The notes under the pieces were generated by a model. It saw nothing but the letters and a program-made list of their open reading frames with translations. It did not search any database and was not told the origin of the DNA. Both the position numbers and the translations under genes were made by a program. Below, one piece after another: positions 11,139 to 23,949 of a DNA stretch of 64,000 bases; positions within the stretch are counted from its first letter, which is position 1; each line of letters begins with the position of its first letter. Source of the stretch: Emiliania huxleyi CCMP1516 (taxonomy: Eukaryota); the NCBI RefSeq assembly GCF_000372725.1, contig NW_005201984.1, positions 248,001 to 312,000 on the forward strand. Direction: 5' to 3'.

Positions 11139-12728
11139 ATGGCGCTCGCCTGCGCCTCCTCGGCGCTGGCGTACGTCATTCCACACTTCGCTGCCCCACC
11201 GAGAGTCAGTCCGTCGTCACACCGAGAAGGGCGCAAAGCTGAGCTGCTCGAAGCGGCTGAGCTCCTGCCGCTCGCTGGTGCGCTCGCTGTCGCGGCGCCG
11301 CTGCTGCTGCTAGCCGGGGAGCGGCGTGCGGCGGAGGGGCCGCTGCCGCCGACCGTGCTGTACCAGGCCGGCACGACGGCGGAGGGCGCCGAGCTGATGG
11401 CTGCGCTCACCGCCAGCACCTTTCCGGCAGCATGGCGGGAGGCGGTCGCCGCGCTGGACGGGCGGGCCACTCGCGCCGCGGCGGAGGGTAGCGGCAGCCT
11501 GCAGGGCCGCATCGCTGCCGTGCAGGCGCTGGAGGGGCAGCGGCACGCTCTCGCCGACCTCCTCGCGGTAGCCGTCGAGCGGCAGCTCTCCGAGGTGCTG
11601 CGGCTCTGGCCGAGGAGGGTGGGAGTGGATGGCCAGCGGACCCGGGTGCGGCTCTCATGTAGGCGCAGCTCTCGCTGCTGCCGTCGGCCGCCTCCATTGC
11701 GCCCGCCGCCGGGCTGCCGCCGGACGCGTGCAGCCTCGTCAGGGTGAGCCAGCGCTTTCCGGGCCAGAGCGCGCGCCAGGTCAGAGCCTTTGTGGGCGAG
11801 TCTGCCCCGTCCAACGAGCCTAGCGTCAATGGCCGCTTCGACCGGCTGCAGGCTGCGCGGCTGTACCAGGGCTCGAGCGCTGCCTCTCCCCTCCCGCGCC
11901 ACCGGGGCACCCTCACATCTCTCCCGCCGCACCGATAGGCTGCATCCAGTTTGGCTACTTTATCGCGCAGGTCTTCCTCGGCCAGGCGCACCTCGCCAGC
12001 GGCCGGGAGTCGGTGGCAGTGACTCATTCACAGCCAATCGCACTGCTTCAGCAGGCGCATCTTGACGGTGAGGCGCGGCTGTCGGGAGCGGAGGCGAGTG
12101 CGCTCAAGGCGCCGACCCCGCCCAACGTGCCCTCCCCTCTGCCTGCCCGCCCCCCCCCCCTCTTCCTCTCTCTCTCTCTCTCTCTCTTGCTCCCCCCACC
12201 TCACCGCCGCACTTGAACGCTGCAAAGGCCGGCATCGAGCGCAGTACCAAGCAGCCCAAGACCGAGGCGGCGTGGGCGGCGGCCAGCCGCCGCGCGGGCG
12301 CCTTCTTTGCGCTGCCGAGGGAGGGCGGCGAGGGCAGCGAGGGCGGCTTTGGGTACGAGTCATTGCGCGAGTTTACGGTCGGCGTTCAGGTCGTCGCCCC
12401 TGCGCAGCAATCGGAGTTCTTCAACTCGCCGAGCGAGGGGGAGGCGGGCGGCGAAGGCGGCGGGTCGCGCGGACAGGGGGCTGAGGCTGGCGCTGGGGCG
12501 GCTGCTGTCGACGGCGGCGTCGCGCCCCTTCCGTCTGCTGAGTTTGTGCGCTTCAACGCGGCCGGGCTCCAGGCGCTGCTCGCAGAGGGGTGCCTCTTCG
12601 GCTGGATGCTGTGGCAGGCGGAGGCCGAGGCGATGGCAGTGCTGGCGGCCGCGCCAGATGACGGCTCCGCGAGTGCGCGGACTGCGGAGGGGAGCTCGCT
12701 GCTGCTCACGCCGCCGGCCGCGCCGTGA
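11139..12728 (+). CDS. DUF760 family (UV-B-induced At3g17800-like) protein, probably plastid-targeted, multi-exon
   Basis: Signal-like N-terminus, LQGRIAAVQALE.QRHALADLL, ARLYQG.IQFGYF and C-terminal LQALLAEGCLFGWMLWQAE, matching recalled DUF760 motifs. Confidence 0.65.
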
Positions 12729-13139
12729 GGGACAGGACATGGTCGTGGAAATGCGAATCGTGCGTTCCGGCACAAAGATTGTACCACTGTAGGTGTCTCC
12801 TGGCGGAACACAAATCTTGGAGCAGCTGGTAGAGACATAGAGTAGAGCCGTCGAGATTGGGGTAGAGTTTAACTCTGTGCTGGGATAGCTAGGCCGCTTT
12901 TTCAGTCAGGGAGGAGCCCTTCGAGAGCCGTAACAACTTACTCTTAAAACCGTACACGTCACAGATACGTTCGCTTTTACACCGTGTTCAGCTGTCGACA
13001 CGCATATGTCTGTGCCACACACGTGTGTACATACCGTACCGCGCTGTTCTCTGATCTCTCTCTCGTCTGTGAGGACTCGGAGGATTGAGCCGGTGCACAG
13101 AGTGGAGAGAGAGAGAGAGAGAGAGAGAGAGCACACACA

Positions 13140-14901
13140 CCGACGCGAGAGGCACACGCACCACCATATTGGTCATATACCGCACACCCGTAATAAAACC
13201 AAACCGCTGCGAGGCGCGAACTATGGCGCCGCTGTCCATCATATCACATTCTCCGACATTGCGCAACCGCACATCGCCGTCGGGAAAGTCACTCAAGTCT
13301 CAACCAGCTGAAAGTGATAGGGGGGAGCTCGCAGGTTCAGCGGCCGCGAGTGATCCCAATGCCGCAGCCGGCCGCGCGGCTCGTTGGTGACAGCAAAGAT
13401 GGGGACTTGCCAGCCCAGGACGCGGCTCAAGTGGGAGCGCAGTTGGCGCAGGACGGGGAGGTCCCTGCCCTCTTGGCCGGTGGAGCGGAAGAAGAGCAGC
13501 CCGGCGAGGCTTCTCGCCAGGAGGGCCTCCACGCCTCCGTCGCCGAAATGAAACGTATGATAGTCGGAGGGATATGACTTTTATGATCAGCGCCTGCACA
13601 GTGCGCACTTGTGACTTGAAAGCTCTCGTCTCTCCCCGGACCAGCCTCGGGCTGTGCTCGGACCAGCCTCGGGCTGTGCTTCCCCGCCCGCGGTGCTCTC
13701 TCACCCGACCGCGCGCTGGACCGCCGGCCCGGCCAGGAACCGGACTCCCCCGTTCGGGGGAAAGCTCGGCTGCCGCGGCCCGCAAGGCTGGCACATGCCC
13801 AAATCGGGCACCTCCTTCGCGGCGGCCTCGATGTTTGCCCTCCGCTCCGCCTCCTCCGCCGCCAGCGCGGCCGCCGCCCGCGCGTACGCGCGAGGGCTTC
13901 CCACAAGGAAGGCACGCTCGGCGGAAGTTGCGACGGCGCTCCAGTGGCGCCGCCGCAGGCTCTTGATCCTCCGCTCGAGACGCCTGTACCGCGCATCGCC
14001 CGCCTATTCAGAGCGTCCGGCTCGTGCGCCGCCCGGCGCCTGGCTTCGGCAGCGCGCCTCGCCCGCCTTGGTCCCGATGGAGGCCATGACGCGCGCCACC
14101 AGCGAGCGGCGCCGGCGGGGCGGGCGCGGTAGCGCAGCCGGCCTACCCCGCCACCTACCGTACACACCGCTGTATGGCATGGGTGCTACGGTGTACCACC
14201 ATGCGCGCGACTATGTGGCACAGGTGCTGGTGTACTACCACAGAGACTGCTATGGTGTAGCTACCATCACACTACTTGGCATAGCTGCTAATGCACCTTC
14301 CCGACCCGGGGGCATCGCCCGGGGCACCGCTAGGCTCGGACAGCGAAGAGGAGGCTCCAAGGGGCGCTCCGCCGCTGCCGCCGCCGACCCGCCGCCGCTT
14401 GGCTTGCCTGCGCGCGGGCGCGCCCCCGCGCGCCCCGTCCTCCCCCGCCGCGCCCTCCTCGGAAGAGGCGTCTCTGGAGGAGGAGCGCGCGCCGCTGCCC
14501 GCCCCTGCGCCGCCGCCGCCACCGCCGCCCGCGCTCAGGGCGAGGGTCAGGCCGGCGAGCGCTCTTCTGCTGGACGACACGGCCGCTCCGGAGGCCGCGG
14601 CCGCTCCAGCGCTGGCTGCGGCGGCGGCACCGGCTCCCGCCTCTGCGGCAGCCCGGCCGAGCTCACCGAGGAGGACCCGCTCCTTGGCCTCGTCCAGCGA
14701 GCCCGCCTTGCGCTCGAGAAAAGACGCGATGGCCTCGGCCTTGTTGGGCGTCACGATCTTCCCGCCCGGCCACGCCATCGAGCGCTTTGGCAGCGGCGGC
14801 GGCGGCTCCCTCGCCGCGGCCTCGAAGCGGCGCCGGCGCTCCTCGGCCTTGGCTCGCTGGGACTCGAGGAAGGACGCGTCGACGCTAATGTCGCGAGACA
14901 T
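13140..14901 (-). CDS. Hypothetical multi-exon protein (3' end uncertain)
   Basis: MSRDISVDASFLES... can be spliced in frame via introns ~14156-14297 (GT-AG) and 14004-14066 (GC-AG) into AGDARYRRLERRIK...GVRFLAGP and downstream exons. Confidence 0.45.
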
Positions 14902-16505
14902 GAGAGCAGGTGGAGAGAGCGTGCGGCAGCCACAGGACTGAAGAACGATCGCGGAACGCGGATTGGGCACGACGCCACAGGATATCCTTTGGCCGCGTTG
15001 GGTAGCGAGCGTTGGTGTAACCCGAGCCACGGAGGCGTGTTTTCTGACGGCCGACCGTCAGTGCACGGAGTTGCCCCTTCTCCGACTGCCCCGGCTGGTT
15101 CCCGAGGTCGCGCGGGGCTGACCCCTGTGGTATTGCTAAAAATCTCTCTCTCTCTCTCCCTGTCTGTGTGCGTCCAAGCTGCAGAAACGAGCTTTTAGTG
15201 GCTATAAGCATAGGCACTGAGATATGGTGCGCGGCTGCGCGCGGAGCGCGCTGGTGCTACCTGGACATACGCGCGGAGCGCGCTAGCTGGACACCCGCGC
15301 GGAGCGCGCCGGCTAGATACCGCGGAGCAAGAGCAAATCAACACAACCGTTCGAATGCTGACGCCGCAAGTCGCTGCCGCCGGCTGCCAAAGTGCGCCTG
15401 GATTGCTCAGCAGCTCAAGCATCCACGTCGTGTACCACGTCAGCCGCCGACACGGCCCGGCCCCGCCGCGTCGCCGCCCTTTCGCTTGCCGCCATCGCCC
15501 TCACCTGTTTCGCCGCCGTCTACCACGCCAGAGCGCACTCTCCTCTCGTGGCTGCACCGTGTCACCCCTGTAGAGCGCGAAAACCGAGCGTCCGCCTCAT
15601 CCCTCGTGCGTGCACAGACACGGCTGCGCTTCTACATAGTACAAAACAACATGCAGTACAGCGACGCACACCGTATAGATATAACTTTGTGCGCGGCGGA
15701 CTCTCTCTTACTCGTCTGTACGCTGTACGCTGTGTACTGTACAATTCTACTCGTCTCACAGTACATTGGGCAACAAGCCGCGCCGCTTCGCCTCCTGCCC
15801 CCTCGAACCCATGCTCGGCTCGCGCAAGCCCGTGGCCACGAGCGTGCCCCCCGCGAGCCCTCCGCCAACAGTGACGCGCCGAACCGAGCCGGGCCTCTGC
15901 TGGCTGCCAGGCGTGCGCGTAATCTGGGTGGGCGTACGCTTTGAGGTCGCCTTCGCGCGCACCACCCCTGCCGGCGCCTCGTCCTCGCCCTCGGCCGCGG
16001 CGAGGGAGAAGGCCGGGATGGATGTGCTCTCCATGTCGTCGACGGCGCTCGCCCTGTCGGCGGTGGGGGTGGCGAGCGGCGCAGCGTCTGCACTCGGCGC
16101 TCGCGCGCGCCACCGCCCCCGGCGCGGGGTGGGATGTCAGTTCGAGAGTTCTGTGTTCCCGTCCCTGTGCTCCACCTTCTTCTCCCGCGTCAGTCCCATG
16201 AGAACCCCACTATATAGCGCCGCCTCGTGAGCTGTCCTGTGTGCTGTGTGCTGTGTGTCCAGCAGTCCGGACCCGGTGCTACGGCCGGTGACAGTGCGCC
16301 TCGTGTCGGCTCCCGAGCCAATCGTGTGCAGCGTGTGTGTGCGTGTGGGCCCGTCCTCCATGCTAGGAGGTGTGTAAGACTGTGTGTGTATCGCGCGCCT
16401 TGCGACTGACTGACTGAATCATTATGATCCGCGTCGCCGTCGTCGGTAGGTCGGTCGGGCGGAGGGGCTTGAGCCAATGACGAGGGGTTGACCTAGCCTG
16501 GCCTG

Positions 16506-18069
16506 ATGTATGCGTGGCTACACTCCGTCTTCGCGGCGCGCTCGCCGCCGTGCTCGATTCAGGCAGCGGATGGCCATCGCAGTGCGCGCGTGGCGCACCA
16601 GTTCTTCAATTGCGCCCAAGAGATGCCAGAGGGCGAAGCGACGTTCGCTACCCTCGAAGCGTTGGGAAGGCCAACGCAGGACTGCTGGTTCCACCGCATT
16701 CCCCAACGGGACTTGGATCCCGCTGTCGCGGCCGGCGACACCAACATCTCCATCCTCGCTGTCGTGACCGGCGGGGCCTGCGGCGAATCAACGGCCCTCG
16801 GGTTCATGGCTGGCCCTGCTGTCCGCGATTACTTTGTGCAGGGTTCGTACTAGGCTTGTGCATGGCTAGCACACCCCCTGCACGCGGCCGACATCGGCTG
16901 TGAGCGGCATAGCCCCATATCCACGATGCGGTAGTCATCCCAGCTGTGACTGCGACCCCCCTCCAGGTAAGGCCGACACGACGGCCGACCAGTGGCATCT
17001 TATCCACCCGTACTTTCAATCCCAGGGCACTCCTATTGCTGCGATCGCATTCCACATGGGCGGCGCCGAGCACAGTGACAGCGGTTTTATCATCGCCGGC
17101 CCGCGGCATCAGAGCGTCGCAGGCGGGGGCGACGGCTTCAACGCGGACGGCAGCGGCACCTTTGCGAGCTTCTATCGCGGCCCAGAGGCAACCTGAGCTT
17201 GCCTCCTTCGCACCCACTCCTCCTCCTTCGCACCCACTCCTCCTTCGCAGCAATCCACATCCCTTCCCCGCTCTCACACACGCGGACGTAGACCCCGCTT
17301 GCGCCGCCGCCATCAACAGCGCAGCGGCTAGAGTCCAGCGTGGCATCAGACAACCAGCAGACAGCAGCGAGAGGCAGGCAACAGCGAGTGGCAGCCTGAG
17401 CGGCCAGCGCAGAGAAGAAGATCGTTCACACACGCTCGCCCACGATACGCTCACGGCGCATTCGCAGGGTTTCAACTTTTGTGACGGCGCACCCCTGACT
17501 GGCGGCGAGCGGCTGGAGCTGTGCTACTTCCCCGCGGCGTTGGGCATCCGCTCTTTCGCAGGAGGCGACGGCGAGACCGAGCCAATCGACCCTTGCTTCG
17601 AAGCCAACTTTGCTCGGGTCCGCTGGCAGCTAGGGGCCCGGTGCTCGCCTCTGCCTCTCTCGTCGCGACTCCGCGCCATTGCGACCGTGCCCCGCAGGAC
17701 CCCCACCTCTCCCTCCCGCGCGGCGGACGCGCCGACTTCCGCGGGCGCGACGGCCAGTACTACTGCTTCCTCTCGGCGCCGCGCCTTGCCATCAACATCA
17801 AGACGGAGGACGCCACCTTCCGCCTTCACAACCTCCACGACAAGGGCGGCACGCTGGTCGTGGAAGGGTCCTTCATCACCGAGGTGCGCGCAGCAATGTG
17901 GCGAAGCCCGCCGACTCGATCGACCGAGCCCCTCGGTCATCAATGACTTCGATCCTTCCTCCTCTTGCCGGCGCAGGTGCACTTTGTGGCACGCGTCGGT
18001 GGGCGGAAGAACAAGCTCTGCCTCGCCTCCTTTTGGGCTAGCGAGTTCAAGTGCGAGACGGATGCTTGA
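16506..18069 (+). CDS. Multi-exon protein with a C-terminal VWD/root-cap-like domain, possibly truncated
   Basis: Exon at about 17697-17883: DPHLSLPRGGRADFRGRDGQYYCFLSAPRLAINIKTEDATF...GSFITE|VHF (GDPH...F.G motif). Upstream exons are Cys/Gly-rich. Confidence 0.45.
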
Positions 18070-18121
18070 GGGCCAGCTACCACACGCGCCCCCTTCAAAC
18101 GTGACCATGACTGTCCCGTAG

Positions 18122-19603
18122 CGAATACAACACGAGCAGCCGCGGGTGCACTCGCTGGGCGTCACTCGGCTGCTGCTGGTGCCGGGTGAGCGTGTGCTGG
18201 TCTCCGCGTCGTACGACTGCACCGCGAAGGTGCTGGACACGCGCAGCGGCGCCGTGACACGCATCATCGATAGCCCGCACAGGTCTCGATTCACCGCTCT
18301 GTGCTGGGACGGCGCCCGTTCGGAGCTGCTCCTTGGGGACGAGAGTGGGCACTTGAGCATCTGGGACGTCGGCGGCGAGGGCTGCCTCAAATGCGAGCGC
18401 TTGTGGGGCGATGGGGCCCTCCCAAAGCAAGGCGGCGAAAAGGTGGCAGCCGCACTGGCCAATGCGGTTCGGGTCAGCCGGATTGATTCCACGGGGCCGC
18501 GCGTGGGCAAGCCGGGACCCAGTCAGGGCGGGCTGCGCCATCTCGCTCTCGCGGAGGGAGGGCGCCTCCTCTCCTCCTCGGGCACCGCTGTCGACGCGTG
18601 GCGCGTCGTCCACGGAATCAGCAGCGTGAGGGCCGCCGCACACAGCGCGGCAGTCGTTGCTGTCGCCGGACCCGGCACAGCTGCCGTGTGCGACGAGGGG
18701 GAGGAGCGGCGCTCAGACGCGGCGCGCTCGCCGGAAGCGGCGCTTTCGACACGGTCCAGCGAGAGCGCGGTCTACTCCGCTTCCCTCGACGGCACCATCC
18801 GCGCGTGGGACCCGCAAGACATGTCGTGCACATCCATCTTTCACGAGGTTCGGTCCGAAATTGCCTGCCTAATCCATTGCCCGCGCTGTGAGCGGCTCGT
18901 CACTGGGCACGATGACGGCGCGATTCGGCTGTGGCATGTGGACTCGGGATCGACGGTGACGCTGTCGGGCCACTCCAACACAGTGACGTGCCTCAGCGTC
19001 GACACACGCGGCAAGTCCGTGCGGCTCCTCTCGTCGAGCTTTGACGGCACGGTTGGCGCGTGGGACATTAGCGGGCAGCGGCCGCCAAGGCTCGAGCTGC
19101 TCTTCGCCGCCCACGAGGAGGAGGTGCTCGCCGTGCGCGCCGCGGAGCTGACGCCGCGGTACGTCACCGCCGGATCCGGTGCGCTCATCAAGATATGGTC
19201 GCTCGATACTCACGCGCTGCTCGGACAGCTGCGCGGCCACACCGAGCCAGTCGGCCACCTCGCAGTCGATGGCCACTTTCTGCTCTCGGGCTCGGACGAC
19301 GGCTCGGTGCGGCTCTGGGACCTGTACGCATACGCGCTGCTCCGCGTGCTCCCCCGTGCGCAAGAGGGGCCTCTCCGTGGCCTGCTCGTTGTGCCCGACT
19401 CCGGCTGGCTCGTCGCCTGCTCCGAGGCGGCGGTACGGGTGTGGGACTACGACTCTGGTGGGCTGCTCAAGGAGTGGCGGCACGCCGAGCCCTTCTGCAG
19501 CATCGGGCTCCGCCGGTCGACGGGCGACGTGATCGCAGGGACGGAGGAGGGCCTCCTCGTCGCCCTCCCCCTAGCAGAGCTGACGCCTTCGATGGGCGCG
19601 TGA
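18122..19603 (+). CDS. WD40-repeat protein (start uncertain)
   Basis: Multiple repeats: LVSASYDCTAKVLD, SASLDGTIRAWD, LVTGHDDGAIRLW, GHSNTVTCL, LRGHTEPV...LLSGSDDGSVRLWD. Confidence 0.9.
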   Translation, partial: RIQHEQPRVHSLGVTRLLLVPGERVLVSASYDCTAKVLDTRSGAVTRIIDSPHRSRFTALCWDGARSELLLGDESGHLSIWDVGGEGCLKCERLWGDGALPKQGGEKVAAALANAVRVSRIDSTGPRVGKPGPSQGGLRHLALAEGGRLLSSSGTAVDAWRVVHGISSVRAAAHSAAVVAVAGPGTAAVCDEGEERRSDAARSPEAALSTRSSESAVYSASLDGTIRAWDPQDMSCTSIFHEVRSEIACLIHCPRCERLVTGHDDGAIRLWHVDSGSTVTLSGHSNTVTCLSVDTRGKSVRLLSSSFDGTVGAWDISGQRPPRLELLFAAHEEEVLAVRAAELTPRYVTAGSGALIKIWSLDTHALLGQLRGHTEPVGHLAVDGHFLLSGSDDGSVRLWDLYAYALLRVLPRAQEGPLRGLLVVPDSGWLVACSEAAVRVWDYDSGGLLKEWRHAEPFCSIGLRRSTGDVIAGTEEGLLVALPLAELTPSMGA

Positions 19604-19840
19604 GGAGAGAACCCGCCGGGGGTGGCGGGGAGCGGCGCGGAGGACGAGGGAGCTGCGCCCGCGGGGCGGCGCGCAGGCGGCCGGCGCGGCGCCCAGGCCC
19701 GGGGGTACTCCCGGCATTTTCCCTGTCTTGTACGGTATGATTGACGCGTGGGAGGTGAGGGGAAAATCTATACGACCGATTCTGATTCACCGTGCACATG
19801 CCGACACGCACATCCGCTCCCAGGTCCAATGCAAAAAGCC

Positions 19841-20479
19841 TCACGAACGCGCCATGGAAACGCCTTGGGTGGGAGCCGCCGTCATAGGCTGGACAGCGTA
19901 GCGAGGGCTCACAGGGACGCCTTGGCCGTCCCGCTGCCGGGCAGTCACCTCCTTGGTCTCTTGAAAGAGCGCCCAGGGCAAGCAACAAACGTGCACACAG
20001 ACGTCGTTGCATGGTGTCTCCGGGAGGCGGTACGCTGTGCGGATCTCCGTACGGGTTTGGGCGCTGTAAGCCGCCGCCACGAGACCGCCCACGTAGGGAA
20101 TAAATGAGAGGCCGAGGAAGCTTGCACACGCTCCTGTGTCACCACAGAAATCACCCGGGTAGCCCGTCTTGATGCGGTTGACGAGCTGTCCGTACGCGCA
20201 CGGCGCGCAAAAGGAGGCGAGGCAGCAGAGGCCCATGTCGGAGCAGCAGCCCTTGTCGGAGCTGCAGTCAAACAGCGTGTGTTGCCAGTGGTCGATGCCG
20301 CCGGCCACGACGTGATTAGAGACGCGAGGGCTCGGCGCATGCGCAGGGGCTGCCATGGCTGCGGTGGCGGTCGGCATGGACACCGCGGTGGCGGTCGGCA
20401 TGGGCACTGCGGTCGCGGTGGCGGTCGGCATGGGCACTGCGGTCGCGGTGGGGAGGGGCTTCGTGTACTCGGCTGCCAT
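19841..20479 (-). CDS. PLAC8 family Cys-rich protein
   Basis: WQHTLFDC...LCCLASFCAPCAYGQ and RTEIRTAYRLPETPCNDVCVHVCCLPWALFQE. ATG at 20479. Confidence 0.9.
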   Translation of the reverse strand: MAAEYTKPLPTATAVPMPTATATAVPMPTATAVSMPTATAAMAAPAHAPSPRVSNHVVAGGIDHWQHTLFDCSSDKGCCSDMGLCCLASFCAPCAYGQLVNRIKTGYPGDFCGDTGACASFLGLSFIPYVGGLVAAAYSAQTRTEIRTAYRLPETPCNDVCVHVCCLPWALFQETKEVTARQRDGQGVPVSPRYAVQPMTAAPTQGVSMARS

Positions 20480-20618
20480 CGAAAATGGGCTCGTGGACGG
20501 CGGGTAGGTGCTCGGGGAAGGCGGAAAAAGGCGGGCGCCTCGTACCGGGGTGTTCGAAACACGTAGACACACAAAAAGAAAATTGCGTCTAAAGCGAACG
20601 TGGCACTTAAGAGGGTCG

Positions 20619-20749
20619 GAAGAGGCAGACTCCCTAGGGTGGGCGACGGCTAGCGCACCACACACCTCTCCTTAAAATCCCTGTGTGGTGGCGGCGTGCC
20701 GTCCTCCCATCCCTCCCTTGGGGTGTCTGTTTTCTTTCTTTCTTTCTTT
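20619..20749 (+). mobile_element. Extremely 5'-truncated family A retroposon with 12-bp TSD
   Basis: TTAAGAGGGTCG at 20607-20618 and 20750-20761. Body matches about 4854-4980. Diverged related tails at about 20797-20867 (+) and 21024-21080 (-). Confidence 0.9.
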
Positions 20750-21084
20750 TTAAGAGGGTCGATTACGGTAGGTTAGGGCGGGCCGCCTCCTAATGACTTA
20801 AAATCCCTGTCTGGTGGCGGTGTGCCGTCCTCCATTCCCCTTGCGTCGGTCGTTTTATTTCTTTGTTTGACTACGTAACTAAAGCTAAATCTCTCTCTCT
20901 CTCTCACTAACGAGTCTTCAATCAATCTTCTCCTCTCTGATGGCTTACTACAGTGGGCCCACTGTACTAACCAACGAGTTGGAAGAATAGTTCCTTCGGG
21001 ACTGACAAATTGGACCCTAGCTGAAAAAAGAAACACATTTTCCGAAAAGAGGACGGCACGCCGCCACCACACAGGGATTTCACC

Positions 21085-23330
21085 CACGATCACCGGACAC
21101 GGGCTCCCCGCCGAGGCGTCGCTCACCAGCGTTCCCGTCAGCGATGCCATCATTCGCGGCCGCTCTCGCGCTTTGCCATTCCATCGGAACCTTGATGGTG
21201 AGCAGCCTGCGCCTGGCGCCGTATTTTACATGGATGGTGCTGGTCCGCTCATTCCCAGCTTTCCTGATGGCTACGTGTCTTACTGTGTCGCTGTCGACGC
21301 CGGGTCCGGTTTCGGACGTATTTGGCCGTCGCATCGTGCCCAGCTCGACGCCGCCACTGCAGCCCGCTGCCTCGAGGCCTTTATTGCCCAGGTCGCCGCT
21401 TTGCTTGGTCTATTCAGTGCATTCAAGCCACACGTTGTTCGGTCTGACCAAGGCAGGGCTTTCACGAGCTTCCACTTCAGTGAATTCCTCGCCGAACGCC
21501 AGATCCTTCAAAGCCTTGCTTGTACGTATACGCCACAGCAGAATTCCCATGCTGAGCGCTTCATCGGCATCGTTTTTGGCACCGCTCGAGTTCTCCTCGC
21601 CGCCGCCAATTTGCCGCCTACGTTTCATCCGTTTGCACTGCAGACCGCTGCATGGTTACAGAATCGCCTCCCACGATCGACGCGCAATTGGCAGTCGCCC
21701 TTTCACCTCCTCAGTCGTATGCTACCATCCGTCGAGAACGTGTACGCCTTTGGTTGCTTGTGCGCTGCTGTCATCCCTGTGCCTCGTCGTGAGGGCGACC
21801 GCCACTTTGCTGACCGCGGTGGCATGGGCCTCTACCTCGGGCCCTCCGAAGTCAGCCCTGGACACGTCGTGTATTTGTTTGCGTCCAAGATCGTCCAGGT
21901 TGTTGCCAAAATTCGCGTTTGGGAAGATCAGTTTCCTGGGCTCAAGGGACATCGGTACTCTTGGTTTCCCAGCAACGAATCACTTCCGCCTGACAGCGGA
22001 ATTGCCGAGTCTACCTCTGCTCCTCCCGTACGCGCCGACCCCGCCGATGCCGTCGCTGATGGACCCCAGGGCCGCGACCAGCGCAATGTTCGTCCCTCAA
22101 CCGCCGGTGCTCGCCGTGACGCCCCCGCCCAGTCTGCTCCGCCGCCTACGCCGCATGAGGCGCCACCTAACACGCCTGCCGCCGCCAGTTCAGGAGGGGC
22201 TGAGGCATCCACCATCGAGGTCCCCGCCGACGTTTCCCGCGCCTCGCCGCGCGCTACGGAACCGATCCCTATGCCTGACCTTGAGCCTCGACAGCCTTTG
22301 CGCCGCTCTGCACGCCTTAAGGAGCTTGGTCACTTTGCTTGCTCGTTCCTGAGTTACTACGTCGTTCCTACTGCGTGCCTCGCCGTCAACATGTCTGCCG
22401 CCCTCATCTCCAATGCCGTCTACTGCGAATCATGTGCCGCCGATTTCTTAGCCTTCGCCGATTGCCTTGGATCCGTCGACACCGCTTTCGACACTTACGA
22501 TCCTATTGGCAACGAATTCTCACTCATCGCCGCCGCTCGGATTGCCTGCACTGCATACGCAGTTACCCTCACCGCCGATCAGGGTGCACTACGAGTGCCT
22601 AAAAGCTACCGGCAGGCCATGTCTAGCCCTCAAGTCGAGCAATGGCGCGAAGCTATTAACAAGGAACTTTCTGGTCTCATTGCCCTCAACACCTGGGACC
22701 TTGTACCGATTGCTTCGATTCCTGCCGCCGCCAATATTATGCACTGCCACTTCGTATTTGCAATCAAGCGCAAGGCTGACGGTTCAATCGACAAGTTCAA
22801 GGCACGCCTTGTCGCCGACGGCAACACTCAGAAGCATGGTGTCGACTTCAATCGCGTCTTCGCCACCGTCGTCAAGGCCCTTACTATCCGGCTCGTACTC
22901 GCCATCGCCGCCGCCCGTGATTACAATTTGACTTCTCTCGATATTCGGCAGGCTTATTTACAGGCGACCATTGACGAGGATCTGTACATGCGCGTTCCTC
23001 CAGGAGTCAACAGTGGCAACAACTCCCTCGTTTGCAAACTGCGGCGCAGCCTTTATGGACTCAAACAGGCAGGGCGAGAGTGGGGGCTACTCCTCACCTC
23101 CTTCCTCGTTTCCTGGGGATTCGTTCGCTCGACCATCGACGTGTGGCCGTGGCGTTATCTCTGTCGAACACCTCCCCGGCGTCGTGATGCTCGCCGACCT
23201 GCTCACGAAGGCTGCCTCGCGGGCCATCTTTACTGGCCTTATCAAGCAGCTTGACGACTTTCATGCCCTCTGAATTTGTTTGTCCCTCGCGCCCCGCACT
23301 CGGGCCAGGAGGGGCTGTTCCCGGGCATTC
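21085..23330 (+). mobile_element. Ty1/copia LTR retrotransposon fragment (integrase, partial RT, RNase H tail, PPT)
   Basis: rve VRSDQG...YTPQQNSHAER; RT FAIKRKADGSIDKFKARLVADG, LDIRQAYLQ, KLRRSLYGLKQAGREW. An internal deletion near 23143 joins to LADLLTKA in another frame. PPT AGGAGGGG at 23307-23314, TG at 23316. Confidence 0.93.
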
Positions 23331-23949
23331 ACACTATGTTCGGGAGATAATTTGGCGATTATATCCATAAGGGATTTCATCCCTTATTGGATTGGAGATT
23401 CGTGTTTTGGTTCCGGTTTTGGGTAAAACGTATACAGCGAACGCGATGCGGCCGCCTGGCTTCCTGCTTCTATGCGCGAGCTACGGCGTGACCGCTATCG
23501 TTCAGCCTATTTTTGCGATCGGTTCGACCTCCTCGCGAGCGAGTGGGAACAGAAGCAGCGAGCCCTCCCCGTTCCGCGGCGGTGCGCCGCGTGCGCTGAG
23601 ATTCGGCCGGAATGGATGACGACGCTCAAGTGCGTCGACCGCAGCCCTCCACTGCGCGCCGCGCCTGCGCTCCCCACCCTTTTGCGCAGCAACACCTTAA
23701 ACTTTTCAGGCCCTCCAAATTCGGGTCGGAGCGTAGCGGAGTGGGCCCCGAGTTTGAAAAAAGGCGACGGACGCTTGCGTCCTAGCCTCCAACAACGCCT
23801 CCCCGGCGCAGAGGGGCCCCCGGAGGGATGCGCAACCGCTCCACGCCACGCCGCTTGCGGCGGTCCTCTTCCCAGCTCCGCTGAGGGCGCGTGCGTTATT
23901 CTTTTGGCCTCGGCGTCGGACACACACGTTGCTCCATCCACCTCCAACC